Assembly (NCBI GenBank): GCA_016932315.1 | Contig: JAFGDD010000014.1 | Location: 1,924-65,923 of the forward strand | From: Candidatus Woesearchaeota archaeon | GTDB taxonomy: Archaea > Nanobdellota > Nanobdellia > Woesearchaeales > SM23-78 | DNA length: 64,000 nt | Direction: 5' to 3' | Shown here: piece after piece, positions 9,238 to 18,764 of the stretch | How positions within the stretch are numbered: position 1 is the stretch's first letter | Layout: each line of letters opens with the position of its first letter | Made by a program: the position numbers and the translations under genes | Notes under the pieces: generated by a model | The model's input: only the letters and a program-made list of their open reading frames with translations | Database searches by the model: none | Told to the model about the DNA's origin: nothing

Positions 9238-9790
9238 AAGGCGCGAAATACTTTTTCTCCAGCCACTTCCTGAACTCCTCAAACGCAAGCTTTCTATGGG
9301 ATATCTTGTTCTTCTCCTCCAGCGTCATCTCTGAGAATCTTTTGGAATATCCTTCAGGCATAAATATCTGGTCCCATTGGAAACGAGTGTCGCCTGCAGG
9401 AGAGACTATTATTCCACGAATCCTGCCTTGAAAGACAAGAGGTTCATTACCAGGCTCACAATAGCCTATGCTAACCATTGCAACAGCTCCTCTGTCCTTG
9501 TACTTGTTAGCGAGTTCATAAAGCCCAGTTAATCCCATCTTTCTTAAGAAACCCTTGATGTAAGGTCCTGGTAAGCCATTCAGTGCATTGAAGCATAGGC
9601 TTGTGTCCTCAACAAAAACAGCTTTACTGGTTTTTTCTGCTGCAAGCCTCACCTTTTCCTTGACAATCTCATCAGGCTCTCCCTGCAGTTCTGGCAAGTC
9701 AATTTCTAGCTGTTCAACATCAAAACCTTTCAGTATATCTCTTACTTCCCTGAATTTTTCCTTGTTGCCTGTGACAAAGTAGAGTTTCAT
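9191..9790 (-). CDS. rdgB: Non-canonical purine NTP pyrophosphatase (HAM1/RdgB family)
   Basis: FVTGNKEK, VEDTSL, GLPGPYIK, FQWDQIF, KNKISHR. Confidence 0.95.
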   Translation of the reverse strand: MKLYFVTGNKEKFREVRDILKGFDVEQLEIDLPELQGEPDEIVKEKVRLAAEKTSKAVFVEDTSLCFNALNGLPGPYIKGFLRKMGLTGLYELANKYKDRGAVAMVSIGYCEPGNEPLVFQGRIRGIIVSPAGDTRFQWDQIFMPEGYSKRFSEMTLEEKNKISHRKLAFEEFRKWLEKKYFAPCKKSSMTARRAHPQS

Positions 9791-9813
9791 TTTGAAAATA
9801 ATAAAAAATAATA

Positions 9814-10115
9814 CGAGCGCGTCCGGACTTTCGCCAGATTTTCACATAGTTGGTAACGCGGAGGACTTAACGAAGTTAATGTCCTCCTTGCTTGTTTTTT
9901 ACCAGATTCAACAAAAGCTTTAGCTTTTGATGTGCGAAGAAAAGCCTTGCTTTTCTAGCACAACGAAACAAGTTTCGTTTGCTCAAAAACTTTTGTTTTT
10001 GCTGTTTCGCAAAAATCTGTTTCGAACCGGAGTCTCCTGGTAACCACAGGTCCTTTACAAAGCGTAAAGGCGGCTTCCGAAGCCAAGTGTGCTATCCAAG
10101 CTATACCACGCGCCC
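9814..10115 (-). tRNA. tRNA-Arg(UCG) with two introns: 10042..10076 at 37/38 and 9828..10020 at 59/60
   Basis: The spliced sequence GGGCGCG-TG-GTAT AGCTTGGATA GCAC-A-CTTGG CTTCGGA CCAGG-AGAC-TCCGG TTCGAAT CCGGA-CGCGCTC-G folds as a cloverleaf. A20 and discriminator G fit Arg identity. CCA is not encoded. Confidence 0.85.
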
Positions 10116-10224
10116 AATGAAGAGCATTAATAAAGAGATGTTTATATAATTAATCATAATTAATCAATATTTCATCTGAAATTTTAGATAATATTTATAT
10201 AGCTTCTGTGGTTTCTGGCAAAGC

Positions 10225-11322
10225 ATGAAAGCTGCAAAACTCAGTCATAATGGTCTGGAAGCCGTTCTTGAGCATAATGGGAGAACAGAGCGTTTATTAG
10301 TCAAGGATTATCCTTATATCAAGGGCTTTGAACCAGTTTTTGCTCAATTCTGCGCATTCCACCTATTGGCGCCGCACCTGCCCAAGAATGTCATTTCTAA
10401 CTTTCCAATATCAAATCCTATGATTAAACTAATTAATAAGATGTATAGTTTTGAGGGCGAGCCATCTCCCAGAATAAGTAGTCCAAAAGTAAATATTGCA
10501 GGCATTCCATTCAAAACATCGAATGATAAGGCAGTAATATCATATTCAGCAGGCAAGGATTCTATGTGGAATCTTTGGTGGGCGCAGGAAGAATTTGGCA
10601 AGGATAATGTTCTTGCAGCCCACATAAGCGGCCTGAACAGATCCAATTCTTCTGATGAAACGAGATATGCACTAAGGCAGAGCAAAAAATTTGATTTTAG
10701 CCTTGAGATGCTCCAATTATGCAATGGCTCTGGCGGGAAAGGATACCAGGTAATGCGCTCCAGAGACATGTTCATGGTTGGAATTTTAATTCCTTATGCG
10801 TTAAATTTCGGGGCGTCAAATATTATTATTGAAGGATTCGGAGAAGATGTCAGGAGCAGCGAACCATTCACAGGGCATGAACAAAACATGCTATTATTCA
10901 ATAAAACTCTGAAAGAAATGAACATTCCAATAAGGGTTAAGTGGAGAAACAGGAAAGAAATGGATGTGGTCAAGGATTTATACATCAACAAGCCAGACTG
11001 GATGTCTGAAGTATGCAATTGTTTTTCTCCAAGCCATTACAAAATTGCTCTTCATAATAGCTGGGAGAGAAGAACGCCATCAATAAGATTATATGATTCA
11101 CAATGCGGCTCCTGCGTGAAATGCAGGATAATTAACATCGGCAGGATACTTTATGACCCTAATTTCGAAGCCACAGAGGAAGATATAACATATTATATAA
11201 AATCGACAGAGAAGTGGTATGCCGAGCATAAAATTACGCATAATGATATGATTGGCGGAAGCTTCTTAGAAGCCCTGACAAAGGCAGCAAAAATCCATGA
11301 TATTGATTTATCGAAAATATAA
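10225..11322 (+). CDS. QueC-like PP-loop ATPase with N-terminal extension
   Basis: SYSAGKDS PP-loop; CNC...CGSCVKC zinc motif. Confidence 0.7.
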   Translation: MKAAKLSHNGLEAVLEHNGRTERLLVKDYPYIKGFEPVFAQFCAFHLLAPHLPKNVISNFPISNPMIKLINKMYSFEGEPSPRISSPKVNIAGIPFKTSNDKAVISYSAGKDSMWNLWWAQEEFGKDNVLAAHISGLNRSNSSDETRYALRQSKKFDFSLEMLQLCNGSGGKGYQVMRSRDMFMVGILIPYALNFGASNIIIEGFGEDVRSSEPFTGHEQNMLLFNKTLKEMNIPIRVKWRNRKEMDVVKDLYINKPDWMSEVCNCFSPSHYKIALHNSWERRTPSIRLYDSQCGSCVKCRIINIGRILYDPNFEATEEDITYYIKSTEKWYAEHKITHNDMIGGSFLEALTKAAKIHDIDLSKI

Positions 11323-11358
11323 TTTCTAAGAACGCAATAAGAAAAAATCAAAAAATCT

Positions 11359-11640
11359 TTATTTCTTTACCAGCGTTATCTCAATTGTGGATACCCGGAC
11401 GTCCTGGCCTTCCTGGTTCTTGAATCCTTCAGAGTCAATCCTTATCTCTTTCAGGGCTATCTGGTCCTTGAGGAATCTCTTCATCACGACTTCTGCTACG
11501 TCAACTGCCCTGCTGATGAATTTCCCCCTAGCTTTTATGGTTACTTCCTGGGCTCCCTTTGTCGTGAACTGCACCACGACTCCTGTGACATAGTTCATGA
11601 AAGGCTTGTTGCCTATAAATACTGAGTTGTCGTCCATCAA
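11359..11640 (-). CDS. albA: DNA/RNA-binding protein Alba
   Basis: VFIGNKPFMNYV, IKARGKFISRAVDVAE, VSTIEI. Confidence 0.97.
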   Translation of the reverse strand: MMDDNSVFIGNKPFMNYVTGVVVQFTTKGAQEVTIKARGKFISRAVDVAEVVMKRFLKDQIALKEIRIDSEGFKNQEGQDVRVSTIEITLVKK

Positions 11641-11731
11641 AAATCACCCTGTTGATTTTTGGGGACCCCAAAAGTTGCACTTTTGTTGTCTGCCATTCCA
11701 ATCCCCCTTGTTGTTGTTCGTCAATACTGCC

Positions 11732-11923
11732 TTAGCTTGCCTGAGCTTTGATCATCCTGGTAACATAGCCAGCTATGATGTTCCTTAATTTCTTGGACTT
11801 TACAGTCACAAGCTCTGCCACTTTAATCTTGTTCTCCTCGTAATTAGCGCTAAAGCTATCCCTGTGCTCTTCTAGCAATGAGTGCGTTATTGACTTCACT
11901 AGTCTAGTCTTGATTCTACCCAT
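11732..11923 (-). CDS. rps17e: 30S ribosomal protein S17e
   Basis: MGRIKT...NYEENK...SKKLRNIIAGYVTR. Confidence 0.97.
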   Translation of the reverse strand: MGRIKTRLVKSITHSLLEEHRDSFSANYEENKIKVAELVTVKSKKLRNIIAGYVTRMIKAQAS

Positions 11924-11971
11924 GGAGGGATGAGAAAGGAGAGTGGTTTATAAAGGTTTTGGGGAAAAAGT

Positions 11972-12133
11972 CAAAAAAAAAGTCGCCGCAACCAGCAACA
12001 GCGCCAAGGACGATAACAAATTTTAATTTGTTGTATGCAAGAGTATACTCAAAACGAAGTTTTGTTGAGGACTTGGTGCAAGGTTGCTTTGATGGGGGGC
12101 GCCCCCTTCGGGGTGTCAAAGGCGACTTTTTGC
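11972..12133. repeat. Structured intergenic element, family A copy 2
   Basis: Same termini and GC-rich internal hairpin as 9066..9237. Confidence 0.75.
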
Positions 12134-12135
12134 AG

Positions 12136-12513
12136 TTAGAAATACTCACTTTTCTTTCCAGATATCCGAAAGCCATAAATTGACCAGAACTTGCCTTTTA
12201 ATGCTTTTTTTGGGTCATAAACGCCTTTCTGAGCGCCCATGCAGCTCATGTTTGGCTCTCCAGTGCCCCTGCTTTCCAATAAAAAATCAGAATTTACAAA
12301 ATAGGCATCATCAGGCAAAGGGCTTTTATCCACTCTTACAAAAGATGCGTTCGGAATCAATAGCCCTTTATCTTTCATAACAAAAAAATATTTGGAGCCA
12401 AAAAAAAGGTTGTCAGCCATGCTTCCATTATATTTTCTTAAATAGTCTTCCAGACTCCCATTCCTTTTAGGAGAGTAAGGTTCTGCTCCAAACACGTCAG
12501 TTTCAAGACCCAT
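12136..12513 (-). CDS. Hypothetical protein
   Basis: 125-aa ORF with a TATA-like element upstream; no recognised motif. Confidence 0.6.
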   Translation of the reverse strand: MGLETDVFGAEPYSPKRNGSLEDYLRKYNGSMADNLFFGSKYFFVMKDKGLLIPNASFVRVDKSPLPDDAYFVNSDFLLESRGTGEPNMSCMGAQKGVYDPKKALKGKFWSIYGFRISGKKSEYF

Positions 12514-12532
12514 AAGAAAGATGAAACCTTAA

Positions 12533-13267
12533 CTAGTTTATAAAAATATCTTTTTGATTAAGAAAATCAGTTATTTCTTTTGCAGCCAGTTCTGGCTCAT
12601 CAATTATCCAAGTGTGTTTTCTTTGAGGCATCATTCTAATTTCTAAATTGTTAAAAATTCTTTCTAATTGTTGTTTTCCAGAATCATTCATTTGACAGAA
12701 TTCGTCATTCTCTGCATAAAGTATCAATGTTGGCTTCTCAATTAAATCATGATCAGCATAATCAACATTCTTTGTTTCTATGCTTATTCTTAAAGTAGTG
12801 ATTGGCTTTTTTAGGCTGTTGACAAAATAGAACTTCGCATCAAGATTCTTTTTTATTATAATACTGCCCCTGCTCAGCATGTATTTAACAAGATTTTCTT
12901 CCACTTTAACCGGAGGGCTAATTCCTACAATTTTTTGAACATTAGGCTCATTGCCAAGAAAGAATCCAACTGCTGCACCTATGGAGTACCCGATCTGATT
13001 ATGCTCTTTTATCTTAAGTTTGCTTAAAAAATCAGATGTCAACTCAGCATACCCTGTTATTGTTGTTGGCTGGTTTTTTAGGTAATTAATTCCATACATT
13101 TCTGGAGCAATTATCTCGCAATTCATTTTTTCATGAATTTTCTCAAATAACCGGCTGAAATGAAACAATCTATTGCCATAGCCGTGCAGAAAAAGCAGCG
13201 GCTCACCTTTTCCTGTGGTCTGGTATTTAATCCTGTTCTGCCCAACAGTCATAACATGGTGTTGCAT
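12533..13267 (-). CDS. Alpha/beta hydrolase
   Basis: LFLHGY, GYSIG nucleophile elbow, PTLILYAENDEF, C-terminal His. Confidence 0.9.
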   Translation of the reverse strand: MQHHVMTVGQNRIKYQTTGKGEPLLFLHGYGNRLFHFSRLFEKIHEKMNCEIIAPEMYGINYLKNQPTTITGYAELTSDFLSKLKIKEHNQIGYSIGAAVGFFLGNEPNVQKIVGISPPVKVEENLVKYMLSRGSIIIKKNLDAKFYFVNSLKKPITTLRISIETKNVDYADHDLIEKPTLILYAENDEFCQMNDSGKQQLERIFNNLEIRMMPQRKHTWIIDEPELAAKEITDFLNQKDIFIN

Positions 13268-13341
13268 AAAGCATATTCGGTCGTTTCAACTTTATAAATT
13301 TTTCGTTTAGTAATCACTAAAAAGTGGTAATCATTTATGTT

Positions 13342-14133
13342 TTAAGATAATTCAACAATTATCTTCGCAGCAAGCTTAGAAGTCATCTCATTAACGTCTT
13401 TCTCAGGGTTGACTTCGACAACATCAAACATTCCAATATTCCTGAGCATCTTGAGGCGATGGATGAAATAAATAAGTTCTCGTGTAGTTAATCCTCCTGG
13501 CTCTTGATATCCTGTGCCTGGCGCAAAAGCAGGGTCTAAGGCGTCTATATCAATGCTTATGTAAGCCTTTGGCCAGAGCCTTGCAACGCTCATCACACTG
13601 TCAGCAACCTCTATGAGACTTTCAAAACTGGTTTCTCTCATGGAATAAACCTTGATCTTGTTTTCATCAATGAACTTCTTCTCTTCCTTGCTCATATTCC
13701 TAATGCCAACGAGGATGACGTTGCTCTTGTCAACGATTTTCTCCTCAATAAGAACTCGTAAGTAATCCTCGTGAGTTGGCGGCTTGTGATATTCCTGAAC
13801 ATCAGGGTGGGCGTCAAAGATGATTATTCCTGCGCCAGGGTTCTGCTTTGCAAAAGCCTTGAATGCAGGGTAAGTTAATGAATGGTCACCGCCAAGTAAT
13901 CCAATGTAATAATTTTTTTCAAGCTCTCTTTGAATTTCATTCTGAATAGTGTTGTGAGCTTCTTCTAAGTTGGAATTGTCAATCCGAATATCAATCATGT
14001 CAAACAATGGGAGCATTCCTGTCTCTGACAAATGAAAGTCCTTCAGTGTCTCAGCTATCTTATCAGGCCCTTTCTCTAAGCCATGCCTTTTGGACAATGC
14101 CCCTGCATTAAGAGGTATTTTGAAGAGTTTCAT
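13342..14133 (-). CDS. Agmatinase / arginase family ureohydrolase
   Basis: GGDHS, FDAHPD, SIDIDALDPAFAPGTG, VEVNP. Confidence 0.93.
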   Translation of the reverse strand: MKLFKIPLNAGALSKRHGLEKGPDKIAETLKDFHLSETGMLPLFDMIDIRIDNSNLEEAHNTIQNEIQRELEKNYYIGLLGGDHSLTYPAFKAFAKQNPGAGIIIFDAHPDVQEYHKPPTHEDYLRVLIEEKIVDKSNVILVGIRNMSKEEKKFIDENKIKVYSMRETSFESLIEVADSVMSVARLWPKAYISIDIDALDPAFAPGTGYQEPGGLTTRELIYFIHRLKMLRNIGMFDVVEVNPEKDVNEMTSKLAAKIIVELS

Positions 14134-14178
14134 AATAACAAGAGAAGAAAATGGCTTGTTTTAAAGTTTTCTGAAATA

Positions 14179-14817
14179 TTAAGAATTTCTCAGTATATCC
14201 ACCGCTATCTTTGGGTCTTGGCTGTTGAAGATGTAGCTGCCAGCCACCAGGATGTCTGCTCCTGCCTCGATCACTTCATGGGCTGTGTCTGCATTTATAC
14301 CTCCATCAACCTCAATGATCAGGTCTGGCTTCTTCTTGGTTAAGCTTTTTATTTTCTTTATTGTGGCTTCAATCAGCTTCTGGCCTGGCTTGCCAGGCTT
14401 GACAGTCATCACAAGGACAAAATCAATATCATCTAGCAATTTTTCAATCTTTTTTATCGGCGTTGCAGGGCTGACAGCAATGCCTGCCAACACTCCCTTG
14501 CTTTTTATCTTCTCAATAAGCTTCTTCGGGCTCTTGGCTGCTTCTGCATGGAAGCTTATCATTGCAGCACCGGCGTCTATGAATTTATCCGCGAGCTTCT
14601 CAGGCTGCTTCGTCATCAAGTGGACATCCTTCTTTATTACGCCGGTGTTCACGCTCTTCACAAAATCAGAATCAAAAGTCTTGTCCTTGACAAACTTGCC
14701 GTCCATCACGTCAAAATGAATGAAGTCGGCGTTGCTAACGCGCATCACTGCTTGATTAATAATAGTAATATCACTATAATCCAGGCTTAATATGCTTGCA
14801 GCAACCTTGATAATCAA
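14179..14817 (-). CDS. rpe: Ribulose-phosphate 3-epimerase
   Basis: HFDVMDGKFV, DVHLM, VMTVKPG, EVDGGIN. Confidence 0.96.
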   Translation of the reverse strand: MIIKVAASILSLDYSDITIINQAVMRVSNADFIHFDVMDGKFVKDKTFDSDFVKSVNTGVIKKDVHLMTKQPEKLADKFIDAGAAMISFHAEAAKSPKKLIEKIKSKGVLAGIAVSPATPIKKIEKLLDDIDFVLVMTVKPGKPGQKLIEATIKKIKSLTKKKPDLIIEVDGGINADTAHEVIEAGADILVAGSYIFNSQDPKIAVDILRNS

Positions 14818-14884
14818 TCACACCACCTTTAGAGGATAAACTAGGCATTAATGTTTATAAAATTTGTTATTTTATTGACGAAAA

Positions 14885-15790
14885 TTATTTTCTTTCTCCA
14901 ACAAAGCTTATGAAATTTTTTCCCTCGTTTTCATAAAAATCCCCTAAAAAATAATGTGAAACCAGATTTCTGAACTGATTATGTGTTGGTTTAAACGATA
15001 TACCTACCACGATTTTATCTCCTGGTTTGATTTTTTCAAATTCTTTCAAAGTAGATTTTTTCCTAACCGTAAGAAAACTCTCTATGTTAGAAGTTTTTGG
15101 GTTGAATCTTACCCCCGCTTCAAGGTAATCTCCATCAAATCCAACTGCTTCAAGCACCGGAGTAAACATATCATCATGTTCTTGAGTCCTGTAATGGTCA
15201 ACCAATGACTCTATTGAGCTGGTTTGTGGCTCGATTGAAAGGTAAACTCTATCTTCTTTAGACAGGCTTTTATGCAGAGTTTGTAAAATGCTGTGGGGCT
15301 TAAAATTCCCCATTGTTGCCCCCAGGTAAACAAATTTAGGTGCGGAAGTGCATAACCTGGCTATTTGTTCTTCAAAATCCCCTTCCAATCCTATGGCAGG
15401 AACACCTAAAGAACTTATCTCTGCAAGTGCAATGTCTAAGAACATCTTATTGACATCAATTGCTAAATAGGATACTGATTTATTTTGCCTGAGTGCTTCT
15501 TCTATTAGAAGCTTGCTTTTCTCTGCTTTTCCAGGCCCAAGGTCGAGATAAATAGTTTTGCGTGAGAATCCTTCGCCTACAATTTCTTGGAGGTTCTGTT
15601 TTATTAGGTTCATCTCCTTGGCAAGCATTCCACAAGCATATCGCTGATCTTCATGAAGTTTCAGGTAGAACTCTGCTTGTTCATGCATCAGGTACCACGT
15701 TTTTGAGTCATTTAGGTAAAACGTTCTTTTACCATCTTCCTCTAAGTAATCCTCAAGCTTGGCTTGTAATATTCTCCTAACTTCCTCCAT
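14885..15790 (-). CDS. EgtD-like SAM-dependent methyltransferase (Methyltransf_33)
   Basis: DLGPGKAEKSKLLI, YLAIDVN, GDFE, YLGATMGNF. Confidence 0.75.
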   Translation of the reverse strand: MEEVRRILQAKLEDYLEEDGKRTFYLNDSKTWYLMHEQAEFYLKLHEDQRYACGMLAKEMNLIKQNLQEIVGEGFSRKTIYLDLGPGKAEKSKLLIEEALRQNKSVSYLAIDVNKMFLDIALAEISSLGVPAIGLEGDFEEQIARLCTSAPKFVYLGATMGNFKPHSILQTLHKSLSKEDRVYLSIEPQTSSIESLVDHYRTQEHDDMFTPVLEAVGFDGDYLEAGVRFNPKTSNIESFLTVRKKSTLKEFEKIKPGDKIVVGISFKPTHNQFRNLVSHYFLGDFYENEGKNFISFVGERK

Positions 15791-15896
15791 CTGTAATCAC
15801 CTAGCAGTAAATATATTTTTATAATATATTAATTTTTCTATCAATTTTTTTAATAAAACAAAAAATTTAAATACTAATTTTCATAAAATATTAATT

Positions 15897-16853
15897 ATGG
15901 CTAATCTGCTCCCAGACAAGAAAGACACAGCAATCCTTCAACAGCTAGACTTGAATGTGAGAGCCTCATGCAATCAGATAGGAAAAAAGACGAGGCTTAG
16001 CAAGGAGGTTGTGCAATACAGGATAAAGCAGCTTGAAAAAAATCAAGTCATCACTGGATACTGGTCAGTGCCAAGCATCAAAAACAATACTTCAGTCTAC
16101 AAACTGCTAATAAAAAACAAAAGCCTTGGAATAGTGCAAAGAAAAGAATTTATTGCGTTCATAACCTCTCAAAAAGCCACTTCCTGGGCCGCAACAACAG
16201 AAGGACAATGGGACTTTGTAATAACATCATTTGTTCAGAAAGAAACTGATTTCTATGAATTTCTAAACAAGCTACTCTTACGCTTTGGAAAGTATTTCAG
16301 TGAAAAAAATATACTCCGGTCGGTGTCAGCCATTATTCTCAATGAGAAATATCTTCATCCGGACAACAAACACATAATCAAGCAAGAAAATAATTTTCTC
16401 AATGAAGAAAAAGAAAAAGACGATGTTGATTCAGAGATAATAAAGGCTCTTTCAGAGAACTCAAGAAGCACATTCACAGAAATAGGCAAGAAAGTAGGTT
16501 TGACTTCAGAAGCCATTTCTTATCGGTACAAGCAAATAATGAAGAAAAAGCTAATAACCAGCATGAAAGTCAGGATAAACCATGAAAAACTTGGCTTAAA
16601 TTACTATCATCTTTTCTTATCATTGAATGATTATAAGGGAAAAAATGAGATAAAAAACTATTATATAATGCACCCCAACTGCGTCTTCATCATGGAACAC
16701 ATGGGATTCTATGACCTGCACTTAGAACTAGTTGTTTCTGAGAATGATGTCCAGAAAATAATAGAAGACCTGTCGGAAAGATTTGGAAATGAAATCTCAC
16801 GTTATGAACTAATAAAAATAAGGAAAGAGCATATAATCAATGTAATGAGATGA
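15897..16853 (+). CDS. Tandem Lrp/AsnC family transcriptional regulator
   Basis: Two HTH-AsnC units (DKKDTAILQQL.. and DDVDSEIIKALSENSR..). Confidence 0.88.
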   Translation: MANLLPDKKDTAILQQLDLNVRASCNQIGKKTRLSKEVVQYRIKQLEKNQVITGYWSVPSIKNNTSVYKLLIKNKSLGIVQRKEFIAFITSQKATSWAATTEGQWDFVITSFVQKETDFYEFLNKLLLRFGKYFSEKNILRSVSAIILNEKYLHPDNKHIIKQENNFLNEEKEKDDVDSEIIKALSENSRSTFTEIGKKVGLTSEAISYRYKQIMKKKLITSMKVRINHEKLGLNYYHLFLSLNDYKGKNEIKNYYIMHPNCVFIMEHMGFYDLHLELVVSENDVQKIIEDLSERFGNEISRYELIKIRKEHIINVMR

Positions 16854-16876
16854 TTTAGAAGATTTTATTTCCTAAT

Positions 16877-17452
16877 CTATTTCTTATAATTTTTTCTTCT
16901 TTTCTCAAGCTCATTAAAAAGCTCTATCAGAAAAGGCTCTTTAATGGTTGTTCCTGCATCTTCCCAGAACTCATTTAGTTTTGAAGGCTCAACATCATTC
17001 TCATAATCCAACGCCTGAAAAGCCATTTCAAGCTTGTCAATTTGTTTGAGAATAATAGCTTCTCGCGTCTTTTGCTCTTCAAATTCCAGCCAAAGCTTAA
17101 CATATTCTCCACTATGCTGTGCCTTAGAAAATAATCTAACCATGCCTGCCTTTTCTTTCTTAAATTTGTCTTTGAGAGAGCAGGTTATTTTTGTTCCTCG
17201 TTGCGAAACAATATCGCCAGTTTCTATTTCAGCCAGATCATGAATAAGCGCCATCTTCAACAATTTCTCCTTATTAACTGCAAGCTTTTCACCAATTAAG
17301 CAGCAAAGCATTGCAGTGCCAAAGCCATGATCAGCAACGCTCTCAGAATCAGGTACGCCTTCCCTCGCCCATCCTGTTCTCTTAACTCGCTTTAGCTTTA
17401 CAATCTCGCTGAAAAGGCCAATTAAATATCTCATAATAAACATAAAATACAT
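16877..17452 (-). CDS. HD-domain phosphohydrolase (YfbR/HDDC2-like)
   Basis: LKRVKRTGW, ESVADH, IHDLAE, DKLE. Confidence 0.92.
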   Translation of the reverse strand: MYFMFIMRYLIGLFSEIVKLKRVKRTGWAREGVPDSESVADHGFGTAMLCCLIGEKLAVNKEKLLKMALIHDLAEIETGDIVSQRGTKITCSLKDKFKKEKAGMVRLFSKAQHSGEYVKLWLEFEEQKTREAIILKQIDKLEMAFQALDYENDVEPSKLNEFWEDAGTTIKEPFLIELFNELEKRRKNYKK

Positions 17453-17509
17453 CAGTATTTTAATAGTTTTGGAAAATTTTATATAAAGGAAAGCTACTCA
17501 ATGGTATAG

Positions 17510-17974
17510 GTGATATTTGTGGTTAAGGAAAAAATAGTGCTGGCTGCAGACCATGCTGGTTTTGAGCTTAAGGAAAAGCTGAAGAAAGTGTTAGAGCAGA
17601 ACGAGATTGCTTTTGAAGACCTCTCCCCTAAGTTTGTTGATGGCGATGATTATCCTGATATTGCTTTCATAGCAGCTCAGAGAGTTGCCAGGAGCAAGCT
17701 GATGGGAGTTTTTATTTGCGGCACAGGATATGGAATGTGCACTGCTGCCAACAAGGTTAAGGGAATACGAGCAACTCCTGTTTATGACGAGAAAATGGCA
17801 AGGATTAGCAGGCAGGATAATGATGCTAATGTGCTCTGCCTAGGAGCAAGGCTTACTGATGAGAAGACTGCTGTTGTCATTCTTAAGACCTGGCTTAACA
17901 CAAGGTTCCTGGAAGGCAGGCATGCAAGAAGAGTTGATAAGATTAAGAGGTTTGAAGGAGGCTTACCTATTTAA
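17510..17974 (+). CDS. rpiB: Ribose-5-phosphate isomerase B
   Basis: ADHAG, DYPD, CGTGYG, ANKVKGIRA, GRHARR. Confidence 0.96.
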   Translation: MIFVVKEKIVLAADHAGFELKEKLKKVLEQNEIAFEDLSPKFVDGDDYPDIAFIAAQRVARSKLMGVFICGTGYGMCTAANKVKGIRATPVYDEKMARISRQDNDANVLCLGARLTDEKTAVVILKTWLNTRFLEGRHARRVDKIKRFEGGLPI

Positions 17975-18723
17975 TTAATTTTTACAGTTTCCCATATATG
18001 CTCAAAATATTTTCTAAAACTATCAGCTACTGCTTTGCTTTCAATCATAATAGCTACAGGGTCTGCTTCAATTAAAATAAAAATTAGAACTTTGTTTTTA
18101 TATATTTCAGTACTTGTCGGCATTTCAAAATTGTGTGGCAGAAACTTGAATTCTGTAAAAGGCAATTTTTTTCTTTTAGCATATAGAGACTTGTATTTTT
18201 CATTAAGTAAATGTCTATGCTTAATTCCTTTTTTAGCGCGTTCAATTTGCCTTTTATTGAAGTAATTTTCCCAAGATGCGGGTTGTTCAGATAAACCCAT
18301 GCTAAGCCATTCTTCTCCTTTCTTCAAGGTATTGATGATGTCCTCGTTTGCTGTTTTTAATCCATCAAAGCCTGTAAAAACCTTAACTTCGCTTTGTTTA
18401 GAAGAATTTTGTTTCAGTAGCAACTTAGGAATTATTTTTTGTACTGTTATTTTTTCTTCCTGAATCTCTTGTTCTTTTTCCATTAAATAATCTAAAATTT
18501 TATTAGGGGGTGAGGCTTCAAAGTACTTAACTCCATTTTTTACAACAAAACTTGCCAATCCTTTCTTAATTAATCTATCTAAAACTTCATAGGTTTTTGA
18601 GCCTGAAATTCCGGATTTTTTTATTATCTTACCGGTTGATGATGATCCAGTGTCTAACAAGGAGAGGTATATTTTGATTTCACCATCTGTTAATCCTATT
18701 TTTCTCAAGGCATCATTAAACAT
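17971..18723 (-). CDS. TrmB family transcriptional regulator
   Basis: LRKIGLTDGEIKIYLSLL wHTH; ADSFRKYFEHIW C-terminus. Confidence 0.88.
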   Translation of the reverse strand: MFNDALRKIGLTDGEIKIYLSLLDTGSSSTGKIIKKSGISGSKTYEVLDRLIKKGLASFVVKNGVKYFEASPPNKILDYLMEKEQEIQEEKITVQKIIPKLLLKQNSSKQSEVKVFTGFDGLKTANEDIINTLKKGEEWLSMGLSEQPASWENYFNKRQIERAKKGIKHRHLLNEKYKSLYAKRKKLPFTEFKFLPHNFEMPTSTEIYKNKVLIFILIEADPVAIMIESKAVADSFRKYFEHIWETVKIN

Positions 18724-18764
18724 ATTAACGTATGTAGGGGGGAATAATATTTAAATATTATGAT

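Noticed and set aside
10071-10086. Reading the tRNA as Pro(CGG) using stem TTGGC/GCCGC
   Set aside because: It misplaces position 26 and gives A37 and a mismatch. A20, G37 and discriminator G fit Arg(UCG).
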